From Botryllus schlosseri (Eukaryota), in the NCBI GenBank assembly GCA_051294905.1, contig CM119377.1, positions 21,018,001 to 21,082,000 on the forward strand: DNA of 64,000 nt. The letters are read 5' to 3'. The notes beneath the pieces were generated by a model. That model was not told where the DNA came from. It ran no database searches and worked only from the letters and a program-made list of their open reading frames with translations. Position 1 is the stretch's first letter. Each line of letters opens with the position of its first letter. Positions 25,331-37,900 of the stretch are shown piece after piece. A program made the translations under genes and the position numbers.

Positions 25331-26805
25331 CCCAGCTGCAAATTTTCTTGGTGCGATTCCGAGTAACTTGATTTTCCATTTTGAATATAGTAGTGTCCTT
25401 GCAATCCGAGCCGTCGAAACCGTCGGCAGATTGCAGTTAAAACATCCTTGGCCAGGGATTGTGGCTTTGTCTCCTACATTCTACCTAACTGCTCGTTCTC
25501 TAGTGATTCATTCGGATTCTGAATAGTTTAAAGTTTGATGTATTGCCAAGTATATTTGTCGCGCGTAAAGAGAGATTAAAAAATGACCTATGGAGTATTA
25601 CGTGATAATGTATAGTTTAAAAAAAGAAACTAGGCATGACGAAGTCAGCTGTAGCGTACCAGTAAATATGCGTTTTTCACGTATAACAACACGGGAAAAC
25701 GTTGGCCATATACATAACTAATTATCGTGATACAATTATTAGCTTCAGTTTTTTTGAAAGACATATGCTAAAAACAACAGAATGACTTGAGAATCGTAGT
25801 TTTCTGTCCGCTACCAACAACAGTGTATTTATAGCATGACATGACAGGAATAATATAGCGATGCATGTTTGTTTGAAGAATGGGAATATTGTATCTGGTC
25901 TTTGGTCATATTGATGAATACTTAGAGCATGGGCATGGTATGGTATGGAATGAAAAATTTCCATACTTCATACCCGCCTCACTTCTTTAATACCATACTT
26001 ACAATTTTCCATACCATAACATCAATCTTCCATGCCTTTTTTGATACTTTTACGCTGTTTTCCAACTTCTCAGATGATATTCTATTTGATGTGTGGAAAT
26101 TTTGCGGGGTTCATATTCTCAATATTTTGGATGAAATTATTCATAAACAGCTCTGATGCACCAATTCTATTCCCAATTTCACAGTGTCACATGTCAGTGA
26201 TATAAGTTTCTTGATCATCGAAGACGCCACGTCAAATATACATGGGATTATTTGGGAATCACAGGAGAAGCTCGTGACATGTAGAACCGGTCTGATAACG
26301 CACTGCTACCAGTAACATGGAAATATCATGTACAAAATTACATTATACGAAGATATTTTCACAATAGAACAAAATCTCTCAAACTCAAACCGCGTACCAC
26401 CTATTTGTTTTCACTACACTGCATACCACCTGGATCCTGAATAATTTATTTTACTCAAATGTACTGGGATCTATAGCGGTATTACTATTTAATACCCGCA
26501 GCGCATGGTCACAAAACACATTATAATGTGACTTAGGTAACTGTTACTTTGGCACAATCTTGTATAATTGTACATCCGAGATCATGTCCAGACTCAATTC
26601 GACAGTTCAGGCACTTGAACTTACTGGACATTGAGGCTGAGCGCGAACCCTTGCTCATATTCCATGTCGATGCTGGGATCTCGATTCTACTTTTTGCATA
26701 CTCCGAATCAATGCGCCATTCTAACGGGCTTGGTTTCAAGAGTCGCTCCGAGACAAGCTACATATTACATACAAATTATTTGCGTGAATAGACTTGTTGT
26801 CAGTC

Positions 26806-26811
26806 TTTATT
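26806..26811 (-). terminator. Candidate polyadenylation signal of the intact lectin cassette
   Basis: AATAAA on the minus strand about 180 nt after the stop; an equivalent signal lies at 42828-42833 behind the paralogous exon. Confidence 0.45.
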
Positions 26812-26992
26812 CGAACATGTAGCACTGCATCGCCGGTAATTTTCTTCTGCAGTATTGTTTATCTTCTCCAACCACCACATCTTGCTTAAAAAAGCTTGTT
26901 ACAGATATACCATCCAGTTTTTACCAGTTTACAGAAAATTACAAGCCCGGGGGCAATTGTCCTATTTCTTCCACATCGTCTATCTAGGTAGG

Positions 26993-27263
26993 TTATATAT
27001 CGATTTCACATATATAGTAACGTCCAGCAGAACATGGGAAGTCGTTTAAATACAATTTTCCGGCGGAAGATATCCAAATCTGCCCGCAATCTTCATTTCC
27101 GGCGGCATTATCCGGTTGACCGCCATACCATTCGGTTGTTGCAGGATTTTCCGTCCCACCGTCGGCCCATTGGAAATTTCCTTCCACCGCAATATCATCA
27201 TATCCTATCCATGGCTGAGTGACGGTGAACGTCGCCCCGATGTATCCCCTTGAATATATATTA
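26993..27263 (-). CDS. C-type lectin terminal exon, cassette 1 (WIGYDD...QPD...EDC...LND.PC...YYICE)
   Basis: Acceptor TTTTTTACAG at 27264, phase 2; translates NIYSRGYIGATFTVTQPWIGYDDIAVEGNFQWADG...QPDNAAGNEDCGQIW...LNDFPCSAGRYYICEIDI*. Confidence 0.92.
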
Positions 27264-27463
27264 CTGTAAAAAATTATATAGGTTTAACACCATCTATCGT
27301 TTCTGTTATCATTTTTATTAATATTCATCATTTCAAAACACCACAAAACTGTGATATAATGAAAAGATAGGAATGTGTCGAAACGACTTGGAGTAGTCTT
27401 TGTGATTATATCTTGCAGGAGTATATCCAAACTTTTTTGATTCCGTACAGATACATAAAATTG

Positions 27464-28625
27464 AATAGTATATTCACATTGAAACGAACCCGAATATTTT
27501 CGGCTAACACTCGTCATGAGTAGCCTAATCGTCAGCCACTAGTAGAGAATTGAAATGAACATTGTATATCAACAATCGTAGCACAAAATAAGACGTCACC
27601 AGCATGTAATTTCGAATGAGCGAGCATTGAATGTACTATTTTTAGGTGATACACGAACTACTTTTGTTGATAGAGTTTAGGCTGGTGTATTTTGATTTGA
27701 GTCGACTCCAAGGCACACAAATGGAAGTGTGAACGGGCCCTCCCAACGACGCGAAATCCATTGTCTCGATAGTTATTCGCACAAATTGGATTATCTAACA
27801 GATTTTTGCCGATGGCAGAATTAATGGCCTGAGGGGCTCTCCGACATTTACGTTATTTATAGTTATCATTTTACGACTAACCGTGAAAATAGATGTACCC
27901 ATGTAGAATATGGTACCGAAAACTGTTGACGATCATTAAATATCCACCCAGAATACTTGCAGATTTTGGTATCGCACTATTCACTCGCCTAGTATTCATA
28001 TAATTTTGAAGACCTGACTGCTACTCTTTTTCATCTAATTTAATATTTAGGAGAGATTGCTGCGTGAGACGCGATCGCATCCGTAAACGTGAAATTTTGT
28101 CGTGAATGATTATTACTTTCATGATATTTTTAAGTAATAATATACACCTTTTTCTCAATGCTTTAAAGTTACAAGAACATTGACAATAAACTACTACAGT
28201 GTCTACAGGAAGTATACATTTTCAGTGACTGGTGCCTCTCATTCACTTTCAGTAATAGGCTAGCTCCATGTCAGTAGCGCTAAAACAAATTATTGGTTCA
28301 TTTACGTTTTTATATTTGACAGAAATTTGGATCAAGTGATTTCGAAATATAGCCGAGTAGTCTATATCATAATTTCAAGTTATTAAGTTCAATTTAATAG
28401 TATATTCATATTGAAATGAAACCGGAATATTTTCGGCTGACACTCGTCAGGGGTAATCGTCAGCAACTAGTAGAGAATAAGAAAGAACATTGTATATCAA
28501 CAATCGTATCACAAAATATGACGTCATCAGCATGAAACTTCGAATGAGAGCGCTCATAGTGCACTATTCTTAGGTGGTACACGAACTCCTTCTGTTGACA
28601 GAGTTTCGGTTGGTGTATTTGAAAT
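27464..28625 (+). repeat. Direct duplication of a ~235-bp intronic segment (27464-27697 and 28396-28625)
   Basis: Collinear similarity along the whole unit, e.g. GAATATTTTCGGCT.ACACTCGTCA, ACTAGTAGAGAAT, AACATTGTATATCAACAATCGTA. Confidence 0.8.
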
Positions 28626-29539
28626 CATTGACTTGACTTGATTTGATGGTTTTAGTGTAAAGTGTAAACTATAAAAATATCTTGCGGTTTTGAATTCGGA
28701 GTGGTGCGTCTCGACTAAGTAATTCTTTTTTACTATTGCAGTGGCCCTGTTTTATTGTACATCATATTGTTAACTTCCATTTTATCATAAACAATGGTTA
28801 CATTGCCAGCTATAATTATTTCATGCTGCGCGTAAAATGCTTATTAGTATCTTACCAGAATTCTTGGTTTATTGTGCATTACTCGCATTTATTATTGATT
28901 TGCACACGTTTATTTTATTACTGATTTTAACATGATGGTTTCATATTGTCATTGATTTTGAATACGGTGTTTTCATTATCAACTAGAGTGATTTTTCAAT
29001 GCTGCGTTGCAAGTGATGGGGTGTTTGTCGAGTCGACAATGCCAATTAAGTTGGTAATTAAGTTCGCAGACTGCAGGGAGTGGTCGTGTACATCACACTG
29101 TAAAAAATAGATCGATTTTAGGGGGAGGACTGGAAAGGTCATTTCATCAAATTTAGATGGTGGAAAAGTAGGTTTACGAACTCTCGGTGGTAAAACATGA
29201 TTTTCCCGCTAGCAAGGGCTTGTGCTCTGAAAGTGGACGACTTCATCAAGTCCGTGGATTAGGTCTGCCGGAGTCGGACTTACCACTGAAAAACCCTTCC
29301 CGGCCATGGACATTTGGTGTTACCACGTTGGTCCAATTCTCTTCAGTCGCACTTCTGATTGGTCAAATATATGTTCTAGTTGCACAGTAACAACAACTCG
29401 CAGTACCTTGTTAATTTTCACTGATGCGAGTACGATGGTGTCACACTCACCACAAATGCTAGTATTTGACTCAGACAGCCATATATATTGATCGGAGGTT
29501 TGCTGGTTCTGTAGCTAGTCAATTTTATGCTTCAGTAAC

Positions 29540-29840
29540 GTAATGACTTGTCACTGATAAGGAGATGATAATACCGCGCCATACCTTCGCCGAATGTGCA
29601 ACTAACAAAAACTGTTCTCTTTTGACGCTACACCCGACGAGATCATGCGCAAAGTATATGACGTAACGCATGCTCCGACCATAGCAAACGCTTTTATGAA
29701 CGTGAAAACCCTTATGTGGAAATGGAAAAATGCACTCGACATCATAAATGTAGACACCCAAAATATTGACCAACGCATCAACGATATCAGAAGTAAAATA
29801 TGCAAAATATGCAAAATATGCAAAACAAGCAAAATATGAG
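29540..29840 (+). pseudogene. Possible 3' remnant of an L1/Tx1-like LINE ORF2
   Basis: Frameshifted TCH..GDDNTA/HTFAEC (CCHC-knuckle-like) followed by ...VKTLMWKWKN (IWKxRN-like) and a short (AAAATATGC)n run. Confidence 0.3.
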
Positions 29841-30620
29841 TAAGAAACTTTGAGAACAAGTGTTCAATCAGAAATGACAGCAATCTAAAACATAACCACT
29901 CAGGTAAGGGGTGTTAGCAGGTCAAATATATTGGAGTGCAACCATAGTGTAGATGTACTTGGTTTTCACCACCTAGATAATCTAAATATTATATCAATAT
30001 CATGATGTTACAGTATATAAAAACACCTGATACGGATTCAGCGCCCCAAATTAGCTGACAAACTACCGAAACACAATCAGTCGCAGAAATTTCGTCCTCC
30101 TATAAAACTTGCCACTATATAATAAGGAATACTTCACATACTGAATATCAGTTCGATTATTATTGGTTACACATGATCTCCTTGAAAAATCAAATTCAGT
30201 ATCTTTGTCCTGGGTAGGAGAAAACGAATAAAATACGAAGGTCTGGGAAGATTTTCAATATATTTGATTTAAATCTTCCATTTTATATCATATCTGAGCA
30301 TATACAGAACTTTCGTTCCATAAAATACCATATTATTCACAACATAACATCATACTATACCATAGCATACCATGCATTGCCCGTCCGATATTTGGTGAGC
30401 AAGTATTGTTTTTGATTACACCGCATTACCGGTTTTGTCATAATATTTATGAATTCGCAAACTATATTATTCCACTTGACTACTGAAAACATGCTAACAC
30501 GGATATCATTGCGGTAGAGTCACCGCCATAGACTCACAATGACGCAAGGAATTATCAGTAAATAGCGATAAATGTAGATATTCGGCTATACTTATACCGG
30601 ATGCTCCCGACTACAGTTAC

Positions 30621-30802
30621 CTGACTACTTGAGGATCGCGTAGAACTTTTGCTGCAAGTCGTCCTCTAGGATACCCCTTACATCGGGCATGGGCGGTTCC
30701 GTAATCAACTGCGTCCGGAAAATACTTGTAGACTGCCCTTTCGCTCTTTTGCCATCCGAATAATTGAACAAGGATGGGGTCGATATACGTGCTTTCATTT
30801 TC
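30621..30802 (-). CDS. C-type lectin domain first exon, cassette 1
   Basis: Acceptor TTATTTAG, donor AG/GTAACT; 182 nt, phase 0 to 2, fits both neighbours; ENESTYIDPILVQLFGWQKSERAVYKYFPDAVDYGTAHARCKGYPRGRLAAKVLRDPQVV. Confidence 0.85.
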
Positions 30803-31178
30803 CTAAATAACAATACCAATGGATAAGGAGTGGCCTGAATCGTGAAGGAAACCAGGACGAAAGTGCGGTAATAGGCAACCAAAATACTTCCATATTGAGT
30901 TTCCGTTTCTTTTTTCTGAAGAAAACTATTGTAGCTGACCAGATGTTTGCTTGGGTGGGATGGAAATGGTGCACCGACTACGAGGTTATTTAGCACCATG
31001 ATGTTCCTAACGCCACAGTTAACAGTTATGCGTTTATTGAAATATTGTTCTATCCTATTAGCTGACTGAAAACTGAATTTTAAGAATCCGTGTTATTCAA
31101 TCCTTACGTCAGCAATATTAATCTTGGTTGCTCCCTAATGGATAAATATACATTTATTAGAGACAAAGATAAAATAAC

Positions 31179-31279
31179 CTGTCTGAGAATAATATCGGAT
31201 ATTTCGGCGTTCAATTCACGAAGATTTGTGCTTGCAGAGTCATTCAGAATCTTCAAAGCGATTGCTGTTTGATTTTGAC
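31179..31279 (-). CDS. Neck (coiled-coil-like) exon, cassette 1
   Basis: Acceptor TATTTTTCAG, donor CAG/GTTATT; 101 nt, phase 1 to 0; (G)QNQTAIALKILNDSASTNLRELNAEISDIILRQ; same-length paralog at 49997-50097. Confidence 0.82.
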
Positions 31280-32185
31280 CTGAAAAATAGTTAGACATCA
31301 GCCGGAAATTAGTATTGTGACTAAAATAAATACACACTATGTAAAAGAGCGCCGTTGCTAAATAAAAATGGTCTCATATTTTTTTATTCATGATATGTCA
31401 AATTGTAATACAGGTTCACTTGCATGCTTGTGCAATGCATTATGCAAGACAGAGAATTTATTTTGTACTTTTACTCAAGAAATATGTTCGCGTGATAAAT
31501 CACTAGCACGCATTCAATAACGACAGACTGAGCAACGAGCAGCATTAAGCAATAATTGATTGTCCTTTGCGCGGTATCTTCAAACTAGTCCATTAGCATG
31601 TCATATTGCGCCATTCCCAGATTTGTAGAATCAAGACTAATGTATATTCAAAATTTGTAATAACCAACATTATTTGAAGATTACAATTGTATCAGGAATG
31701 CGTTAAATTTAATACCATATCATGCCATGTGGTATAATAAATCGCTAATTATCGAATCTTAATCATTGTCCTTTGATGACCACTTTATGTGTCGAAGAAG
31801 ATATTGTATAACATTGATAGAGGGCGGTGTTTAACGAGCTATTCATATGTCATCAATTCCATATCCTCTGGCCTCAACCCCAAACCCGTCGTCGCTATGT
31901 TATCTGTAATTAACGAATGTTTTATCCATCTTATTACTCACGGGGTTACTTTTAATCTAATTCGATTGCGACAATTATATACCGGAAAAGGTTAGTGCGT
32001 TTTGTCTAATTATTGGCACGCAGAAACATCAGATGCCTAAGCTCTCAATATTTCATCAACGTTCACCAATGCTGGTCATTCCGTAGTAACTTTTAGGTAA
32101 TAACCAATTATCCCGGTGCGGTCCGTAAGTATTAGATGTAGCAATATGATTAGAAAAACCAATGCCTCGCCGTACGTATGATCAT

Positions 32186-33065
32186 TAGGGCAATTTTTTT
32201 GACATGTCAAAAAAAGTCAAAATTAGGTCAAAATTGTAGCGTTAGGTCAAAATTTGTCAAAATTGTTTACAAAGTCAAACATTTTTTGACCTTTGCATTT
32301 CGTTTGTATCGTAGATTTTGCGCTGTCGGTGAACTTATCATTTGATATTTTTTACAGCGTGTAGCCTACTTTATAGACCTACCGTTGTAACCGGACCATC
32401 GTCTGCTCATTGTGAATCATAAATGGTCAAATTAAACAAATAGTGACATGGTTTTATGGTCAACGTACCGCAATATCCTAGCTGAAGCAAGACTGCTTGG
32501 ACATTGCATAGTTCTTATATCAAGAAGCGCAAGCTGAAAAATTGTGATATAGACAACATTGTCAGAATGAAGCAACACGGTTTGTCACCAGCAGTGTGCA
32601 CACAACTTGATTGTTGTCAGCCAACAAATGCTGCTGTTGAACGTTCTTTCTCCGTTCTAGGCAAGCTACGTAGTAAGGACAGACACTTTCTCCCCGAGAA
32701 TGTAGGAAAGGATCTTTCGTTGTACTACAACAAATTTTAATTATTTCCACCAGAATACGTAATGTAACTACTGGAATTCTTCATAGGGCCAGATTTCGTT
32801 AAAATACTAGTTTTTCATGTAAAAATCTGTCAGTGTTTGAGCCAGAAACGTTTTTTCAGGCCAATCTACTTTGTAAGGACAGACAGTTCCAACCAGTAAT
32901 GAAGATAAGTATTACAATTTTAATATTATATGCGAAAACACCTAATTTGCATACGTGAGGTCAAAATTTGGTCAAATTTCAGTTTTTTTAGGTCAAAAAA
33001 GGTCAAAATTTAGATTTTTTAGGTCAAAATCTTCCGTTTTTTAGGTAAAAAAAAAAATTGCCCTA
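32186..33065 (+). mobile_element. Internally deleted hAT transposon (family K) with a transposase C-terminal remnant
   Basis: TIRs TAGGGCAATTTTTTT / AAAAAAATTGCCCTA; TSD ATGATCAT; (GGTCAAAA)n arrays. Confidence 0.88.
32504..32740 (+). pseudogene. hAT transposase C-terminal dimerisation-domain fragment
   Basis: CQPTNAAVERSFSVLGKLRSKDRHF matches the hATC motif P.S...ERSFS. Confidence 0.85.
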
Positions 33066-33529
33066 ATGATCATGCATCGACATAATCTCGTACAATGGGG
33101 TTGATAATAACCTTTTTGATTCGGATATTATCGCAGATGTGGGATACTAATGACCACTTAGCGTCGATTCAAATGCCATTTATATTAGCCTAATTATACG
33201 ACTGCTCCGGTAACCACTTGAACCAAGCATGGGCAATTTGCGGATGGTTAGATTAGTGAAGTTTTCACCATTCTCAATATTTTAAAAAGAAGTATAATTA
33301 TCACTTCCTTCACATGACAACAAAATACGTACTTTTATTCCAGACTTTTCAAAATTTTGAAGGAAGTCGTGGATGTATTCCGTCCATGTCTAGTTGAATG
33401 CAATATGTTAACCAATACAATAGTGAATACTGCTACTGCTGACGGATCTGGGGTTAGAGCATTGACCACGAAATCTACAGGCTCTGGTTCCAATCGCATA
33501 GGCGCGCAATGAATTATTATTACACTCAC

Positions 33530-33583
33530 CAATATTTGCACTTCTTTCAAATCGATCAATATCACTTCGTAGTCGCAGTGTTT
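33530..33583 (-). CDS. 54-nt stalk exon, cassette 1
   Basis: Donor G/GTGAGT, acceptor TTACTTTCCACCAAG; phase 1-1; (E)TLRLRSDIDRFERSANI(G), paralogous to 51420-51473. Confidence 0.7.
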
Positions 33584-36388
33584 CTTGGTGGAAAGTAATC
33601 GGTAATACACAGGCTAACGGCTAACACCGATACATTATTAGCGATATCCTAGTATATATTCAATATGTACTAGTTAAATGTCCCATATATATATTATGCA
33701 AAATCTTGTTTTATATCAAATACCATTTTAATTATGTATGTTGACAATAAAGAATATACAATAACTTTAGTAGTAGTAAATGATAACTTAATTGTCTCGA
33801 CGGCTCGAGTTAAAACCAGCCTGATTATAATTTGGGTCAACTCAAAAATGGAATAACGCCTTCCTTCTACATACCTTTTTGAGCTTGCTCCAGTTCACTC
33901 CGCAATTGGAGTGTTTCTGAATGAAGGTATTTTATATCTTATCGATATAGTCTTCGAAACGGCCGTGTCAACTCATTTATAATTGCTAGCCCCTGACACT
34001 GGCGTATCAAAGGGGCTAACGTCTCTTTCAACCCCTTTAGGCAATGGAATTGTTGATTCGATTGTTGTGAAATATTCGCCACAGCGAAATGTTATTCTTT
34101 ACGCTTACTCCTATAGCAAATACCATGAGCATTGTGAGTAAGAGCAAATGTCCCCTCAAAATTTCCGAGTTCGGAATTATGATGACATAATTTTTTACTA
34201 GACTATGTCTACAATACAAAATACATTGTCTCAATAATGAAGAGCCACAACTAATAGTTCGTGTACTGCTACTTCGATGTGTTGGCCAGTATGAGTTTTT
34301 GTTTTGTAACGAATAATCGCACTTCGAGTCAAATAATTACATAGACACAGATCATCTAATAGCACATAATATCACTGGAAGAAAATATTCGATCATCGGG
34401 GTTGTTCGACCATACCGTAGCTTCCGGTATACAGTGGTCAAATTCAAAGTCATTTACACTAACCACAGTAATACTAACCAGCTCGTTGATCTCATAAAAT
34501 TTCGCGGTGGTGGTGCTAGAAAACCGGGGCGAAAGGACTTAACTGAAGGTCTTAGTGCGTATTGCGAATTTTGGATAACTCTTTTCTCTGCGATTTACGA
34601 AGGCTGCACACTAGGGCTGTTCAAAAATAACTTTTTTTCCTGAATCTTGCTTGTTACTTGATTAAATCGTTAGGTTGCCTTAAAAAACGACGCACACCAA
34701 ATTTGAATTCATTCCGACAAATATTCGCGGTTTACGTAGAGTTTGAAAATTTTGGATTTGCCCAAAAACGCAAAAAAAAAATTTTTCTCAAATTTTTTTG
34801 CCAACCCCATGAAATTGTTGGGCTGTCTTCAAAAACTATGCAAAACAAATTTGACTCAATTCCAAGCCGTAGAAGCGAAGTTATTCCAGTTTTTCGGTGA
34901 TAATTGTTGGATTATCCACCAATCAAGGATAATCCCAGAATTATCGAATTATTACATTACATTATTACAGTTTTTCTATTGGACCATAGTTCCTACGAGA
35001 TCACTAAATCATTGCGTTGTCGACAATAGAATTATTATGTGTATTTGTTGTACTAACCTCGATACCATGTGCTCTGATGCGTGAATAGAAGCGCGAAAAG
35101 TGTTACGATTCCAATGGCCAACAAACTGGTGACAATCGCCGCTATCAGCCCTCTTTTCGTACATTTCTTTTTAAATGACTCATTCGGCATCGGGTTCGTC
35201 GGTTGTTCACGATCTTAAATTGTAGCATCTTTGTTATGCCATGGTTATTCGGAGACCACGAAAATAGGCCAATATGCAGGTTGCTAATAACACTTTTACC
35301 ATGAACAGATACTTGTTGTCGACTTTCCTTTTCCTCCTCCTGCACAATATATGTGATTTTATGCATAAATGATCTACCAAAATATCGTAAATCTACGTAG
35401 GTCTATAGTTAAAATGACATAAAAGTATTTGAGAGAAAGATTCCCTCAAAGCTGCGCACGTGCGCGAGCTCGCACTGTTGGCACAGTATACATGCGCGCA
35501 CAGTCTGCGCGTACAACTTTTGATTGAGACTCAACTCTCGATTCCGCAAAATTATCACTTGCAATCAGACTCTTTTAGTTTTTGAAGTAGCGACTTTGTA
35601 TCCTACTTACTCCTCACATGGATGGAATTCCGACGATTTTTGACAAACCCGAAATCTGAATCATTACTATACCCATTCCTGACATTGTCTGGAAATAACT
35701 ATCCAATGCGCAGCCGGCAGAATTTTGCATCGACTATCAATTCTAATTCTGCATCGGTTGTGTGAACGACTTCGACTCTTCCTCCCGACTCCTATCGAAT
35801 TTTGTGTCTCTGGCTCCCACTCCTGACTCACGCAAACTTGAAAGTGCGACTCTCATTCCAACTAATAGGTGTTCCAAAATTGTCCCGAGTCCCGACTCCC
35901 AATTCACAACTCCGTATCGCAAATCTGACTAGTCTAGCCTACGGTGAGCTTTTGTATTGCAGAAAATCACGATAACTCAATCCATAAGCCTACACTCAAG
36001 TTAATTCAAGAAATGTCCACTGACGATTTGTTTAAAATATGTGACTAAGGCTTGTTGTCTCTACACCAGGAACGGCTGGACATCTTAGGATTGACGTCTA
36101 CAGGAAATTGCACAGTACATGTAGGCGGCATGCCCCCGGTTTAATTCTGCATTCTGAACAACAATTACATATATTTTGAATCTGCTGATGTGGTATTACC
36201 TGCAGAGGCTTGACATGTGGAATGAGCAATAATTTTATAGGCCTACGCATACCGTTTCCGTTGAAACATATTTAGTGTATTATCATTTATTGCGTTGAGC
36301 GCGTTTTCGATGTTTGTATACATTGTATTTCTCCCCATAAACACTATACAGATGTTTGAACCATCATGTTAGCCAGATCAGAAACAGG

Positions 36389-37375
36389 CAGTGTTGGGAT
36401 CAAGTCACTACCTTCGAGTCACGAGTCACTTCGAGTCATTGCACATTTTGACTCGAGTCAAGTCAAGTCAATCGATTTTCGAAGGTGACTCGAGTCAAGT
36501 CAAGTCACCCGATTTTTGGAGGTGACTCGAGTCAAGTCGAGTCAAGTCAAGTCGAGAGTCACTAGTCAAGTCACAATTCAAGTCGTGTTGCCTGTTCGAC
36601 GTAAAAGGCATGATTACGTCATTGCATTTTGCTAGCTGTCTGAAATACAGATTGAGTGGTGATTGATGCTAAACCGATTAACGAATATAGAGTTAAATAT
36701 ACAAGCAAGAAACCGTTGTATCGCTCACATGTAGGCCTACGTAGAACTGGTAAACTACGTAAGTAATTGCATATGGCCTCAGTTTATACAGTTACCAGCC
36801 AAAATAGAGAATAGAAAAACGAATTGATAAGATGCAATAAATTACCCATTTACAAATTGATATGATACAATTCGAGCCTGTGCCGATGGTTGAGAACTAT
36901 ATAAACTCTATCCAAATTCAATTTCAATGAAACAAGAGGTTTGGTTAAGGCAAGAACAGATTACAGAAATATATATTTTGCTATTGAATTACTTTACTAC
37001 TGGTTTACGACAACATAAGCTGTAAGCTTCTATCATTTCGTTTGATGTCAATTTATTTGGGAGATAACAATGGAGGCTCAGTAAAACGTACGATCATCGA
37101 ATGATTGGTCGCTCTCACGGTTTAGACCAGGATTACGCGAACAATCCGAAAATATGCAAGCATACAGTGATTTTTATCGACACCGATTACATTGATGACT
37201 TGAAATTGACTCGTGAATTTTGCTCCGAGTCACGAGTCAATTCACATTTTTGATACGCCGAGTCAAGTCAAGTCAAGTCATTTTAGCAAAGTGACTCGAG
37301 TCAAGTCAAGTCATACGAAAAAGGTGACTCGAGTCTGACTCGAGTCAAGTCATGACTCGAGTCATCCCAACACTG
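36389..37375 (-). mobile_element. hAT MITE family F, copy 2 (lacks the two insertions seen in F1)
   Basis: TIRs CAGTGTTGGGAT / ATCCCAACACTG; perfect TSD GAAACAGG. Confidence 0.92.
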
Positions 37376-37539
37376 GAAACAGGTACTCGATACTGTGGTG
37401 CACATCGAATCTGGGACTTGGAGTCGCAAATCATATCTATATCACTCCATTCCCAATTATCGCAAGATTTGAAACCTCAAATCCATCACTCATATAATTA
37501 GAAATTACGACTCTGATTCCTCTACCAGCTCTCCTTATT

Positions 37540-37900
37540 TATATTGCATGCTTCTTTTGTATGCCTGATGAACATTCGATCGGCATTGACACTTGACAAA
37601 GAAGGAGCTTCCTTCGCAGTCTCCCGAATGTGCGATTGGCACGGTGTATCTGTCCTCAGTTACCCGCACAATGCTTGGACCGACGTTTATAGGTCGGTTG
37701 CCCTTCTTGCCACATCCGAACCACTTGTTCGGGCGTGTGACAGGCTTTGGTATATCTCGCCAACCGAAAGGTTCTTGGTAGATATCCAGTGGCAATCGAT
37801 CCCCATACCTCTGGTTTGCTACAACAGTGCTCTTCAACCGAGAGTACCGTACACCCCAGAGTATACCATATTTTCAAAGGTGTACCACTTAGCTGGGGTG
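37540..37900 (-). pseudogene. Possible decayed LINE RT C-terminal fragment
   Basis: One frame gives GQIHRANRTFGRLRRK, resembling RI..A...FGRL of RTE/CR1-type RTs; other motifs not recovered. Confidence 0.25.

Noticed and set aside
25923-30385. Single (CCATAC)n MITE enclosing the terminal lectin exon (exon capture)
   Set aside because: The two ends are poorly complementary and there is no TSD; more likely two unrelated remnants
34037-34234. Signal-peptide or TM first exon for cassette 1 (HLLLLTMLMVFAIG)
   Set aside because: Donor GGA/GTAAGC is phase 0, incompatible with the phase-1 stalk exon, and there is no good ATG before the hydrophobic run; still worth checking in cDNA
35611-35688. 78-nt phase 1-1 candidate exon with good splice sites
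   Set aside because: Open frame but no paralog in cassette 2 and no recognisable motif
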